From an uncultured virus (IMG/VR IMGVR_UViG_3300037466_000868) (Duplodnaviria; Heunggongvirae; Uroviricota; Caudoviricetes), in IMG/VR virus record IMGVR_UViG_3300037466_000868: a stretch of DNA of 64,000 nt; one strand, written 5' to 3'. A program made the position numbers and the translations under genes. Numbering within the stretch: position 1 is the first letter of the stretch; each line of letters begins with the position of its first letter. A model generated the notes under the pieces. That model searched no databases. It was not told the origin of the DNA and saw only the letters and a list, made by a program, of their open reading frames with translations. Positions 28,299 to 37,828 of the stretch are shown piece by piece.

Positions 28299-28745
28299 AT
28301 GGGATTCAAAACGACCAAACTTAAGAACGGCACGCGGGTGGTGCGGCGGACGGACACCGTGCCCGAATGGCGTTTACAAAGCGCACAGGTACGCGCCCTG
28401 CGCGCTATGCCGGAATTCGGGCGGCGGTTCACGCTGGCAGGCGACCAGAACGCGGCACGGCGTGGCGTGCAGACCGCCACCATTGCCAAGGCCACAGGTA
28501 TGACGCCGGGCGAACACGACTTACGCCTGTATCTCGAAGGCGGGCGGCTCGGCCTAATCGAAAACAAAACCGAGAAGGGCCGTCTAAGCCCCGAACAAAA
28601 GGACAGGCACGCGTTGTTGTATCGGCTGGGGTTCACATACCAGACCGTCATAAGGGCCGCCACGGAGGCCGACGCTGCCGCACAGGCGGTGTCTGTGGTG
28701 CGGGGGTGGCTGGCGGGGAATGATAATCAGAAAGTGGAGGGGTGA
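28299..28745 (+). CDS. VRR-NUC domain nuclease
   Basis: E..LQ; GM.PG..DL; IENK...GRLS.EQK. Confidence 0.85.
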   Translation: MGFKTTKLKNGTRVVRRTDTVPEWRLQSAQVRALRAMPEFGRRFTLAGDQNAARRGVQTATIAKATGMTPGEHDLRLYLEGGRLGLIENKTEKGRLSPEQKDRHALLYRLGFTYQTVIRAATEADAAAQAVSVVRGWLAGNDNQKVEG

Positions 28746-28746
28746 C

Positions 28747-28935
28747 GTGGACAAAGAGCGCGAATGTTACGACTGCAAATACGCATGTTGCGACCCAGAC
28801 GGCCCGTATTGTGGACATCCTGAATCATTCAAGCAAACGGGTTTTGGCCGCGGGTTCAACATGATGCGAAACGCCAAAATGCACCCGGAGACGGCAGTGT
28901 GTGGGGCGGAAGGCGACCTTTGGGAGGCCAAGTAG
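28747..28935 (+). CDS. Small Cys-rich protein
   Basis: CxxC...C...CG.EG.LWE; GGAGG RBS. Confidence 0.6.
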   Translation: MDKERECYDCKYACCDPDGPYCGHPESFKQTGFGRGFNMMRNAKMHPETAVCGAEGDLWEAK

Positions 28936-29289
28936 ATGGGACCACTAAACCAACTTGCTACGGATTGTCATGCAGCCAACCAGCATTGGTGGCATGATCC
29001 AAGAACTGGCGAGCGACTAAACCGCAACAAAGGCGAAATGTTAATGCTGATGGTCTCGGAAATCAGCGAGGCCATGGAAGGCGAGCGTAAGAATTTGATG
29101 GATGACCACCTGCCACACCGAAAAATGGCCGAGGTTGAGTTGGCTGACGTGCTTATCCGGTTGTTCGATTATGCCGGTGCTTATGGGTACGACCTTGATG
29201 GCGCCGTGGCGGAAAAGCGCGCCTATAACGCCACGCGAGCGGACCACAAGGCGGAAGCGCGGCTGGCTCCCGGTGGAAAGGCGTTCTAG
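28936..29289 (+). CDS. MazG-like NTP pyrophosphohydrolase-fold protein
   Basis: SEISEAME; ELADV.IR..D; K..YN..R. Confidence 0.82.
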   Translation: MGPLNQLATDCHAANQHWWHDPRTGERLNRNKGEMLMLMVSEISEAMEGERKNLMDDHLPHRKMAEVELADVLIRLFDYAGAYGYDLDGAVAEKRAYNATRADHKAEARLAPGGKAF

Positions 29290-29807
29290 TGATCGCCGCT
29301 AACGATAACCACCGCGCAACGCCGCCTGTCGTGACGTCATTGCGCCGATCGAGGGACTTTAAGACTCTGGATAGCGTTCGGAAGTGGATGCATCACGACG
29401 GCGAGCCGATTACCGCGGCAAATGACAACAGCCTGCCGGATGGCTTCCAGATCGAATGTTACATGGAGTCCATGAGTGCGGAGGAGCTTATCGCGGCGTA
29501 TGGGGCTGGCACTTACCACGTCGGAATGCACGAGGAGAAGTTTCGGCGTCCGCGAGGCCCCAAGACGGCGATGCCGGTAGCAGAGCACGAGGATGCACAA
29601 GGTGAGATGACGAGATATCTAGATCGTGAGGAATTGCGCCGCACGCTCGGCGATAATGCGGTTGTGCTGGATATGGCTTGTGATGGAAGCACGTATCGGG
29701 AAATTGGCGAATATCTTGGTTTTGAAGGCTCAACCGACACCAAGGAGCGTGCCGGTAAGCGGGCAGTAAAGGAGGCGGCTAAATTATTTTGGGAGATTGC
29801 GGCCTGA
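29289..29807 (+). CDS. Putative late transcriptional regulator (C-terminal sigma4-like HTH)
   Basis: VLDMA..G.TYREIG..LG; last early gene before the late region. Confidence 0.55.
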   Translation: MIAANDNHRATPPVVTSLRRSRDFKTLDSVRKWMHHDGEPITAANDNSLPDGFQIECYMESMSAEELIAAYGAGTYHVGMHEEKFRRPRGPKTAMPVAEHEDAQGEMTRYLDREELRRTLGDNAVVLDMACDGSTYREIGEYLGFEGSTDTKERAGKRAVKEAAKLFWEIAA

Positions 29808-29937
29808 TCTGCGGTTCAGGCCCATTCTCGTTGCCTATATAGTAGGGGGATATTTTCCCCCACTATTTTACTTGCCGCCTTTCGTTGTGCGGCCCCCGTG
29901 CTGGCCCCGGCCACCGGGGTTATTTGCAGAGGCCGTC

Positions 29938-30096
29938 ATGGTCCACTCCCGCAAGCCAGCCGATATCATTCGTGACGAGCTGTGGGACCACGATGACCCG
30001 GACACGGCGGCTTATGACATTGTCGCGGCGTTAGAGGATGCGGGCTGGCATTTTGTGTTTATGCCGGATCAGGCAGTACAGGACCAACTTAGCTAG
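29938..30096 (+). CDS. Small acidic hypothetical protein
   Basis: GAGG RBS, ATG 29938. Confidence 0.5.
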   Translation: MVHSRKPADIIRDELWDHDDPDTAAYDIVAALEDAGWHFVFMPDQAVQDQLS

Positions 30097-30158
30097 GCTG
30101 CGGGCGCTGGACAGATAGTTACCCAGGCGCGTCCTAGTTTTTTCTTTTCGGTATACCC

Positions 30159-30365
30159 ATGCTCAAAATCTTCTTCGTTGTTATGCTGCTGTCGCCCGGT
30201 ATGACGCAGCCGTTTGTGAAGCGCGAGCCCGTCGACACGTATGCTGCCTGCCTTGAGCAGGTTGCCAAGATCGAGGCTAAGGCCGTGGAGCTTAACGCCC
30301 GCGGCGAAGGCTTCAAGGTTCTGGCGGGTTGTGAGTGGAATTCGGATAAGAGTGATCCGGCCTGA
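30159..30365 (+). CDS. Small secreted or membrane protein
   Basis: N-terminal hydrophobic segment, two Cys. Confidence 0.6.
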   Translation: MLKIFFVVMLLSPGMTQPFVKREPVDTYAACLEQVAKIEAKAVELNARGEGFKVLAGCEWNSDKSDPA

Positions 30366-30670
30366 CTACGGACCCGCGCAGCGCCCAAGCCAAGCAGTAC
30401 CGCAAGTGGTACAGCACGGCACGCTGGTCTCGCACTAGAGAAGCGCAGCTAACGCTGCAGCCGTTGTGTGAGCGGTGCTTAGCGATGGGTGTAGTCGAGG
30501 AGGCTACCGTTGTTCACCATGCACACGGTGGCCACGGTGGTGACGAAGAGAAGTTCTGGTCCGGGCCATTCGAGTCCTTGTGCAAGCCGCACCATGATAG
30601 CGAAGGCCAGCGCGAGGACTTGGGGCAGGCGGTGGTTACTTTCGGCGCTGATGGGTGGCCGGTTGACTGA
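30362..30670 (+). CDS. Packaging-associated HNH endonuclease (HK97 gp74-like); probable CTG start
   Basis: WYST.RW...R...L...PLC..C; VVHH; LCKPHHD; upstream of terS. Confidence 0.85.
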   Translation: MTTDPRSAQAKQYRKWYSTARWSRTREAQLTLQPLCERCLAMGVVEEATVVHHAHGGHGGDEEKFWSGPFESLCKPHHDSEGQREDLGQAVVTFGADGWPVD

Positions 30671-30799
30671 TGTGTAAGACGTGCATCAAACTGCGTAAGG
30701 CGGCGTTTGCCGCGATTCGGACGGTGCTTCCAGCGCGTTCTGATGCAACCCACGATGGTGCGGAGCACAAAGAACGGGTCGCGAACGCGAAATAGCCGG

Positions 30800-31000
30800 C
30801 TGTGTGATGTGACGTCACATCACAATGGAACTTTGTGCAACGCAGCATGAATGGTGCACCGCACGCGCAATAATATTTCAAATGGTGCACCGCTTCCGAA
30901 AGAATATTGCGCGAAATAATATTTCGCCGGGGGTGGGTCAAAAGTCATAATATTTCGCCCCTAGCTACCGGCGGCCCCCAAGAATACACGCATCTGCAAT
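30800..31000. promoter_or_regulatory. Putative cos/packaging region
   Basis: ATAATATTTC x3, AATGGTGCACCGC x2, GGGGGTGGGTCAAAA, 22-bp palindrome; lies between HNH and terS. Confidence 0.65.
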
Positions 31001-31020
31001 TCAGAATATGAGGCTAAATC

Positions 31021-31395
31021 GTGGCCCGGCCGCGAATTCCACGCGCCAAAGCCGCGGTTGAGGCTAGAGACAAGATCAACGCTGGCCGCTTCAAGAACCG
31101 CAAGGAGCCGCGGTCGCCGGGCGAACTTGGCGATCCACCCGAATGGATGGGCGGCGAGCAGCGGGCGGCCTGGAGGATTTTTCAGCGTGAAATTCCATGG
31201 CTGACGGAATCGCACCGCGGACTTGTTGAGATTGCCACGATTATCAGGGCGCGCCTTGCGTCCGGTGAGGAAGTCGGAGTTCAAGCGCTCAATCTGCTGC
31301 GTCAATGCCTTGGCCAGATGGGCGCGACCCCATCCGATGCAAGTAAGGTGACGTTGCCAGAAGATGACGAGGAAGACGACGACATCCTCGATTGA
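31021..31395 (+). CDS. Terminase small subunit
   Basis: PP.W; G.TP..ASKV; position before terL. Confidence 0.85.
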   Translation: MARPRIPRAKAAVEARDKINAGRFKNRKEPRSPGELGDPPEWMGGEQRAAWRIFQREIPWLTESHRGLVEIATIIRARLASGEEVGVQALNLLRQCLGQMGATPSDASKVTLPEDDEEDDDILD

Positions 31396-33253
31396 GGCGG
31401 CAACGCCAGCGCTAGACCGCGTGTCGGCATATGCGCGTGCTGTTCTTGACGGCAAGATTGTAGCGGGACCGCATGTCAGAAATTCTTGCCGTAGGCATTT
31501 CGACGATTTGGCCCGCGGTGCCGAGCGTGGATTATATTGGGACGATGCTGCGGCACTTCGCGTATTTCGGTTTTTCGAAGAGAAGCTGAAACTTAGTGAA
31601 GGGCAGTTTGAGGGCGTTCCGTTCAAACTGCATCCGTCGCAAGCGTTTAAGGCCGGCAGCCTATTCGGGTGGAAGCGTGCAGACGGCACCCGCCGCTTCC
31701 GCCGTGCTTACGTTGAGGAAGGCAAGGGAAACGGTAAGTCTCCTTTCGCTGGTGGCGTCGGTCTTTATGGCCTGATAGCTGACAACGAGGCTGGCGCACA
31801 GATCTACGCGGCCGGCGCGCGCAAGGAGCAGGCCGGCATTCTATTCGCAGACGCCGTGAAAATGATGCGTAAGTCGCCCGATTTAGCGCGGCGCATCAAA
31901 CCCAGCGGCGGTCTCGGCAAGGAATACAACCTTGCGCACTTAAAGTCGCAATCCTTCTTCCGGCCGATTTCGAAAGAGGCCGGTAAGACTGGCTCGGGGC
32001 CGCGGCCCAGCATGGCGTTGTGCGATGAGGTGCATGAGCACCCAGACCGCACCACGATGGAGATGCTGGAGGCTGGCTTTAAGTTTCGACGCCAGCCGTT
32101 GTTGTTCATGATTACGAATTCCGGGTCGGATCGTAATTCGGTTTGCTGGGAAGAGCATCAGCACGCGGTGAGAGTTGCCGCCGGCACAATGACGCCGGAT
32201 GAAGACTTCACTTATGTTGGCGAACCTATCGACGACGCGACCTTTTCGTATGTGTGCGCGCTCGATAAAGACGACGATCCGATGGAGGATCCGTCGTGCT
32301 GGCCCAAGGCAAACCCGCTGCTTGGCACCATTCTGACGAATGAGTATCTGGCCGGCGAAGTAAAGAAGGCCAAAGACATCCCCGGCAAGTTGAACGGGGT
32401 GCTTCGATTAAATTTCTGCGTCTGGACCGATGCAGACAAGGCGTGGATGCCTCGCGCCACTGTCGAAAAGGTCATGGCGGATTTCGCGCCGGAAGAACAT
32501 GAGGGCAAGCCGGCCTTCCTCGGTGTTGACCTTTCCGGATCGAAGGATATTACCGCCGTTGCGGTCGTTGTGCCGACCGGCGTTAAGACGATGTTTCGCG
32601 AAGATGGGACGTCGACCGACTTGCCGACGTTTGATGCGTGGGTCGAGGCATGGACACCGGGCGATACGCTTGCAGAACGCGCCAAGGCCGATAACGCCCC
32701 TTACGAGGTTTGGGTGCGCGATGGTTGGTTAAACGCTCCGCCGGGGCCGCGCATTCGGTACGATTTCGTTGCGGCACGCGTTGCCGAGCTTGATCAGCTA
32801 TTGGACATTCAGGCGGTTGCTTATGACCGCTACGTCTACAGCAAGTTCAAGGAAGAATGCGAAGCAATCGGCCTTGAACTAAACCACGTTGCGCATCCGC
32901 AGGGCGGTAAGGTTAGGGCGCGGCCCGAGCCCGAGAAGGTCGAGGCGGCTAAGGCCGCCGGGCTTGAGCCACCGCAAGGGCTATGGATGCCAGGCTCTGT
33001 TATCGAGCTTGAGAATGCGATTATCGATGGTCGCATTCGGATGCGTAGCAGCCCGGTTCTGATGACGGCCCTTATGGGCGCCACGTTCGACCGCGATCCG
33101 AACGACAACCGATGGTTCGTGAAGCAAAAGGCGAGCGTGCGAATTGACGCTGCCGTGGCCTTGGCTATGGCGATAGGCGCTGCGGTGGATACGCCGGTTG
33201 ATACCGGCGACGTCCAAGACTTTGTCGACAACATGGTTGTCGTTACCTGGTAG
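31364..33253 (+). CDS. Terminase large subunit
   Basis: GKGNGKS; DEVHEH; GVDLS...D; RIDAAVA. Confidence 0.97.
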   Translation: MTRKTTTSSIEAATPALDRVSAYARAVLDGKIVAGPHVRNSCRRHFDDLARGAERGLYWDDAAALRVFRFFEEKLKLSEGQFEGVPFKLHPSQAFKAGSLFGWKRADGTRRFRRAYVEEGKGNGKSPFAGGVGLYGLIADNEAGAQIYAAGARKEQAGILFADAVKMMRKSPDLARRIKPSGGLGKEYNLAHLKSQSFFRPISKEAGKTGSGPRPSMALCDEVHEHPDRTTMEMLEAGFKFRRQPLLFMITNSGSDRNSVCWEEHQHAVRVAAGTMTPDEDFTYVGEPIDDATFSYVCALDKDDDPMEDPSCWPKANPLLGTILTNEYLAGEVKKAKDIPGKLNGVLRLNFCVWTDADKAWMPRATVEKVMADFAPEEHEGKPAFLGVDLSGSKDITAVAVVVPTGVKTMFREDGTSTDLPTFDAWVEAWTPGDTLAERAKADNAPYEVWVRDGWLNAPPGPRIRYDFVAARVAELDQLLDIQAVAYDRYVYSKFKEECEAIGLELNHVAHPQGGKVRARPEPEKVEAAKAAGLEPPQGLWMPGSVIELENAIIDGRIRMRSSPVLMTALMGATFDRDPNDNRWFVKQKASVRIDAAVALAMAIGAAVDTPVDTGDVQDFVDNMVVVTW

Positions 33254-33259
33254 TATAAT

Positions 33260-34549
33260 TTGGCCTGGTGGAATAGCTGGATCGGCAAGCCGATCGACTT
33301 GAATGCGTCTAGCGTGCCGTTTTGGCGCGGCTTCTTCGGCGCGTCCACCACGTCCGGCGAGGTTGTTACGGTTGAAAAGGCGCTTGGCCTTGATGCGTTT
33401 TGGGCGTGCGCGAGCCTGATTCAGGATGCAATTGGCACGTTGCCGTGCGTTTTGTATGATGCGAGCGGCGTCAAGCCTGCCACTGGCGATGATCTTTACG
33501 GATTGCTGCACGACTTGCCGAATGCGGATGATACCGCGTCGGAATTCTGGTCGATGGTGGCGCTTTGTCTTTGCACGGACGGTAATTTCTTCGCTGAAAA
33601 GAAGTATGTCGGCGGCAAACTGGTTGCGCTGAATCCGCTGCATCCGCAAGCCGTTGAAATCAAGCGCGACGATCGCAATAGCCGCTATTACGAGTACAAT
33701 GAGACTTATGGCGTCGGCAAGAAGTCCGGTATTCGTAAGATCAGCGAAGACAAGATGTTCCACGTCCGCGGAAAGCGGATGCCCGAATGCGATCGGGGTA
33801 TTTCTCCTGTAGGAGTCCTGCGCAATATTCTCGGCTCGGCCATGGCCGGCGAGAAGGCGGGCGCCAAGGTCTACAAGGGCGGCCTGATTTCAACGACGCT
33901 TTTGACGTCGGATCAGGTCTTAAAGGCAGATCAGCGCACGCAATTAGCGGCGTCCCTCAAGGGCGTTGTTGGCGCGGAAAATGCCGGTGGTGTTGCCGTC
34001 CTTGAGGCAGGCCTGACGCCGCATACCATTTCGGTAAAGCCTGTTGACGCGCAGATGTTGGAGTCGCGTCAGTACGCGGTGGAGCAGATTTGCCGGATAT
34101 TCGGTGTCCCGCCCGTCATGATTGGCCACGCGGCCAACGGCACGACGACTTGGGGCAGCGGCATCGAGCAGTTGATCCTGCAATTCAGCAAGACGTGCTT
34201 GCGTCCGATGTTGCAGCGTATCGAAGATGCGATTTATCGGGACATTTTCACGCCAGAACAACGCAAGAAGTTCTCAGTGAAGTTCAATATGGACGCGTTC
34301 CTCGAAGGGGACAGCGTCGCTCGCGCGAATTTTCTCACGAAGATGTCCGATAGCGGAATTTACACCAAGGACGAGGCGCGCGCATACGAGAATAAGCCGC
34401 CGATTCCGGGCGGTGCGCACGCGATCGTCAACGGGACGATGCAACGGCTGGACAAGATAGGCGGAGCGCCGCCCGTGCAGCCACAGGCCGCGCCACAGCC
34501 AGCGAATACCAACGAGCCGGTGCCTGCAGCGCCGAAGAAAGCCGCGTAG
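33260..34549 (+). CDS. HK97-family portal protein
   Basis: GN.F; G.SP; ICRIFGVPP; DEARAYEN.PP. Confidence 0.96.
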   Translation: MAWWNSWIGKPIDLNASSVPFWRGFFGASTTSGEVVTVEKALGLDAFWACASLIQDAIGTLPCVLYDASGVKPATGDDLYGLLHDLPNADDTASEFWSMVALCLCTDGNFFAEKKYVGGKLVALNPLHPQAVEIKRDDRNSRYYEYNETYGVGKKSGIRKISEDKMFHVRGKRMPECDRGISPVGVLRNILGSAMAGEKAGAKVYKGGLISTTLLTSDQVLKADQRTQLAASLKGVVGAENAGGVAVLEAGLTPHTISVKPVDAQMLESRQYAVEQICRIFGVPPVMIGHAANGTTTWGSGIEQLILQFSKTCLRPMLQRIEDAIYRDIFTPEQRKKFSVKFNMDAFLEGDSVARANFLTKMSDSGIYTKDEARAYENKPPIPGGAHAIVNGTMQRLDKIGGAPPVQPQAAPQPANTNEPVPAAPKKAA

Positions 34550-34592
34550 CACGCGGCGTTGTGCAGCGGACGCGCTGCTTTTGGGAAAATAG

Positions 34593-35708
34593 ATGAAATT
34601 TGAGCACATCCTTTCGGCGTTTGTAGCCGAACCGTGGGCAATTCAGCGTGAAAAGCTGGGTCTGCTTGCTGATTTGCTGGTTGCGCGCGCCGAAGGCGAA
34701 AAGTTGGTGTCGTCTGAGATGGCTGCGGCCATTTCCGATGCGCGAGCGGCAGAAGTCGCGGATGTGGATGGCAAGGTCGCTGTAATCCCTGTTTACGGCG
34801 TTCTTTCGCAGAAAATGGACCTTATGTCCGCTATTTCTGGCGGCACTTCTTATGCTGGCATCCGCGGTAGTTTGCATCGGGCGCTCTCGAATGAGGATGT
34901 GAAGGCCGTTGTGCTCGATATCGACAGTCCCGGCGGCACTGTGCCCGGCACTGATGAGTTGGCGACGGAAATTCGAGCCATCCGCGGCGGTGAAAAGCCC
35001 ATTATTGCGCAGGTGAATAGCCTTGCTGCCAGTGCGGCTTATTGGATTGCCTCTGCGGCCGACGAAATCGTAGTGACGCCATCGGGGCGAGCTGGATCGA
35101 TCGGTGTTTATACCGCGCACGATGACGTTTCCGCGGCGCTAGAGAAGCGCGGCATCAAGCGAACGTACATTTCGGCCGGCAAGCATAAGGTTGAGGGTAA
35201 CGAAACCGAGCCCTTGAGCAAAGACACGCTTGCCCATGTGCAGGATGGCGTAAACCGCAGCTATCAGCGGTTTGTCGCCGCTGTTGCGGAAGGCCGCGGC
35301 ACCACAGCCGGCAAAGTCGAGGACGGTTACGGTCAGGGCCGCGTGTATTACGCCGAGTCCTTGATGGACCGCGGCATGGTCGACCGCATTGCCACGCTTG
35401 AGCAGACGCTAGAGCGCTTTGGCGCGGAGACGCAGCCTGCCTATGTGCGGCGCGTGAAGGCAGAAAACCAGGCGCGTGAGGCTGCTGCGCAATCGTTGTG
35501 CGCGAAGATCCGCGCTGGCGAAAAGATTTCAGTTCGTGAGTGGGAGAATGGCCTCAAGGGACTTGCTGGCCTTTCCAACTCAGAGGCAGAGCGGGCCGCT
35601 CGGCTCTACCTCAAAGATGGTCAGGGGGAACCTGACGGCGATGCGGATGCTGCGGCGTTGGCCGCGATTGACCGCGTTTTGGCTGATGCCAAGGCGTTCC
35701 GCGCCTAA
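34593..35708 (+). CDS. S49-family prohead protease
   Basis: IDSPGG; AASAAYWIAS; GSIGV. Confidence 0.93.
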   Translation: MKFEHILSAFVAEPWAIQREKLGLLADLLVARAEGEKLVSSEMAAAISDARAAEVADVDGKVAVIPVYGVLSQKMDLMSAISGGTSYAGIRGSLHRALSNEDVKAVVLDIDSPGGTVPGTDELATEIRAIRGGEKPIIAQVNSLAASAAYWIASAADEIVVTPSGRAGSIGVYTAHDDVSAALEKRGIKRTYISAGKHKVEGNETEPLSKDTLAHVQDGVNRSYQRFVAAVAEGRGTTAGKVEDGYGQGRVYYAESLMDRGMVDRIATLEQTLERFGAETQPAYVRRVKAENQAREAAAQSLCAKIRAGEKISVREWENGLKGLAGLSNSEAERAARLYLKDGQGEPDGDADAAALAAIDRVLADAKAFRA

Positions 35709-35742
35709 CAGCGCATTTCCCCTGTCTAAATAGGATATCTCA

Positions 35743-36966
35743 ATGTCTGAATCCAATGTACTTGCCGACAAGATCGGTGAACTTGGTACTTCGCTGGCCT
35801 CCATCAAGGAGCAGGTCGGCAATCTTGGTGCGGATTTCACCGAAAAGCTGAAGGCAAACGGCGAAGTTTCCGCCGACCTGAAGGAAAAGACCGACAAGGC
35901 CCTGTCTGAGCTTGGCGAAGTCGTGACTCGCGTTGGTGAGCTTGAAAAGCGTGCCGCGCGAGAGAAGGACGTTGCGGACCACGGCGCGGCCATGGACCTT
36001 GGCGACCACCTGGTTGCGTCGGAGCAGTTCAAGAGCACCGATATGTCGGGCAGTTGGCGCGGCGCGATCCGCGTTGGCGTTGAGCGTGCCGATATTACTT
36101 CGGCCAATGGCACCGTTGGCGCTGGCCGCTCGGCTGGTACGTCGCTGGTTCCTGGCGCTCGCGTTCCGGGCATCGTTGCGCCGCCGAATCGCCAGTTCAC
36201 CATTCGCGACCTGCTTGCTCCGGGCCAGACTTCGGCCAGTTCGGTTGAGTACGTCAAGGAAACCGGGTTTACCAACAACGCTCGGCCGGTGACGGAAACC
36301 ACGACCAAGCCGAAATCGGACATCACCTTTAACATGGTGACGACTCCGGTTCGCACGCTGGCCCACATCTTCAAGGCGTCCCGCCAGATCCTTGACGACG
36401 CGCCCGGCATTGCCTCGTACATCAATGCGCGTGGCACCTATGGCCTGAAGTACAAGGAAGAAGTCCAGCTTCTGACCGGCGACGGCACCAACCAGAACCT
36501 GAACGGCCTCGTGCCGCAGGCTACTGCGTTCGCGCCGGAGTTCAATGCGACTGACGAGCAGGCCATTGATCGCGTTCGTCTCGCCCTTCTGCAGGTGGTT
36601 CTTGCGGAGTACCCGGCGAGCGGCATCGTTCTCAATCCGATCGATTGGGCGCGCATCGAGCTGACCAAGGATGGCGACAAGCGCTACATCGTTGGTAATG
36701 CGCTGTCGCCGATTGGCCCGACCCTTTGGAATCTGCCGGTTGTACAGACCCAGGCGATGACCGCGGGCGAGTTCCTTGTCGGTGCGTTCAACCTGGGTGC
36801 GCAGATTTTCGACCGCATGGGCGTTGAGGTTCTTCTGTCGACCGAAAACTCGGATGACTTCGAGAAGAACATGGCGACCATCCGCGTTGAGGAGCGCCTT
36901 GCCTTGGCGGTGTATCGGCCCGAAGCGTTCGTTACGGGCGACATCGATACCCTGACCAGCGCCTGA
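35743..36966 (+). CDS. HK97-fold major capsid protein
   Basis: N-terminal coiled delta domain; L.GDG; NP.DW; F.KN...IR.EERL...V.RPEAF. Confidence 0.97.
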   Translation: MSESNVLADKIGELGTSLASIKEQVGNLGADFTEKLKANGEVSADLKEKTDKALSELGEVVTRVGELEKRAAREKDVADHGAAMDLGDHLVASEQFKSTDMSGSWRGAIRVGVERADITSANGTVGAGRSAGTSLVPGARVPGIVAPPNRQFTIRDLLAPGQTSASSVEYVKETGFTNNARPVTETTTKPKSDITFNMVTTPVRTLAHIFKASRQILDDAPGIASYINARGTYGLKYKEEVQLLTGDGTNQNLNGLVPQATAFAPEFNATDEQAIDRVRLALLQVVLAEYPASGIVLNPIDWARIELTKDGDKRYIVGNALSPIGPTLWNLPVVQTQAMTAGEFLVGAFNLGAQIFDRMGVEVLLSTENSDDFEKNMATIRVEERLALAVYRPEAFVTGDIDTLTSA

Positions 36967-36974
36967 TAACTAAC

Positions 36975-37000
36975 GTGGTGGGCGCCTCGGTGCCCACCAC
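36975..37000 (+). terminator. Hairpin after the capsid gene (weak terminator or stabiliser)
   Basis: GTGGTGGGC...GCCCACCAC; no U tract. Confidence 0.5.
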
Positions 37001-37016
37001 ACCACTATGGTGATTG

Positions 37017-37412
37017 ATGCTAATTCGCGCACTTAAGACGACGACCGGCCGCCCAAAAGGCACTGTTCACGAAGTGGACGACTCTACCGGTAAAGAACTT
37101 GTGGCCATGGGCTACGCTGTCGAGGAGTTGCCGCTTGCTAAACAGGAGGCCGCGCCTGTCGCCGCGAATGACAACCGCCCTTTAGCTGCGGGCGACGACC
37201 AGACTGGTTCCCCGACTGGCGCGGATGCACCGCAGTCATCGTCGCAGGCGGACCAAGTGCTGCTACAGCAGGAGTTGAGCGGGCCAGAGGCCGCGCAAGA
37301 GTCCTCTCCATCAACAACGGATATAAACTCGCCACATGGGCAGATGTCCTCTATGCCTGCGACCACGACTGGTGGAAAGCGCAAGCGGGGGCGCCCGAGT
37401 TCAAAGGGCTAA
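37017..37412 (+). CDS. Small post-capsid protein (zero-frame product) with low-complexity tail
   Basis: G...EV....G..LV..GYA domain, then an S/T/Q-rich tail. Confidence 0.75.
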   Translation: MLIRALKTTTGRPKGTVHEVDDSTGKELVAMGYAVEELPLAKQEAAPVAANDNRPLAAGDDQTGSPTGADAPQSSSQADQVLLQQELSGPEAAQESSPSTTDINSPHGQMSSMPATTTGGKRKRGRPSSKG

Positions 37413-37828
37413 AGGTTAGCCAAGACGGTTATGCGCCCGATCCGGCATGGGGGCTGCGGCTTGTAACCTTAGTACGAAATTGCGACCGCCTACTATTCAA
37501 CCGCTTTAGCGAACTTGGATGGGGCGGAAACGGCGGATTTCACGCGCTTAATCTTGCCCTTCAGTTTGGCGCACGGAGCGTTGTTCTGGTTGGTTACGAC
37601 ATGCGGGTTGATTTGGGTGTGCATTGGCACGGCAAGCATCCCGCAGGCATGAATAATCCCAGCGACGTCAATACCCGCCGATGGCGGCAAGTTTTGGATG
37701 CGCAAGCCCCGCTGTTACGCGATATGGGCGTCTCTGTTGTAAACGCCTCGCCGACTAGCGCGCTTGAGGCTTATCCCAAAATGACGCTGGAGGCGGCGTT
37801 GCAAGGTGAAGTGAATGCCGCTGCTTGA
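37172..37828 (+). CDS. Maf/DUF115 (sialyltransferase-fold)-like glycosyltransferase domain, probably expressed by -1 frameshift from the 37017 ORF
   Basis: Stop-free frame with AVIVAGGPS, ADVLYACD..WW, GGNGGFHALNLA, VVLVGYDM, HWHG, VVNAS; no ATG/GTG/TTG before 37601. Confidence 0.75.
   Translation, partial: QPPFSCGRRPDWFPDWRGCTAVIVAGGPSAATAGVERARGRARVLSINNGYKLATWADVLYACDHDWWKAQAGAPEFKGLKVSQDGYAPDPAWGLRLVTLVRNCDRLLFNRFSELGWGGNGGFHALNLALQFGARSVVLVGYDMRVDLGVHWHGKHPAGMNNPSDVNTRRWRQVLDAQAPLLRDMGVSVVNASPTSALEAYPKMTLEAALQGEVNAAA

Noticed and set aside
30803..30824. CRP/FNR binding site
   Set aside because: TGTGA-TCACA spacings are 2, 7 or 12 rather than the canonical 6
37172..37600. Glycosyltransferase as a simple pseudogene
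   Set aside because: Motifs are intact, the frame is stop-free and a correctly phased slippery heptamer sits at its start; programmed frameshift is preferred, though an indel is not formally excluded
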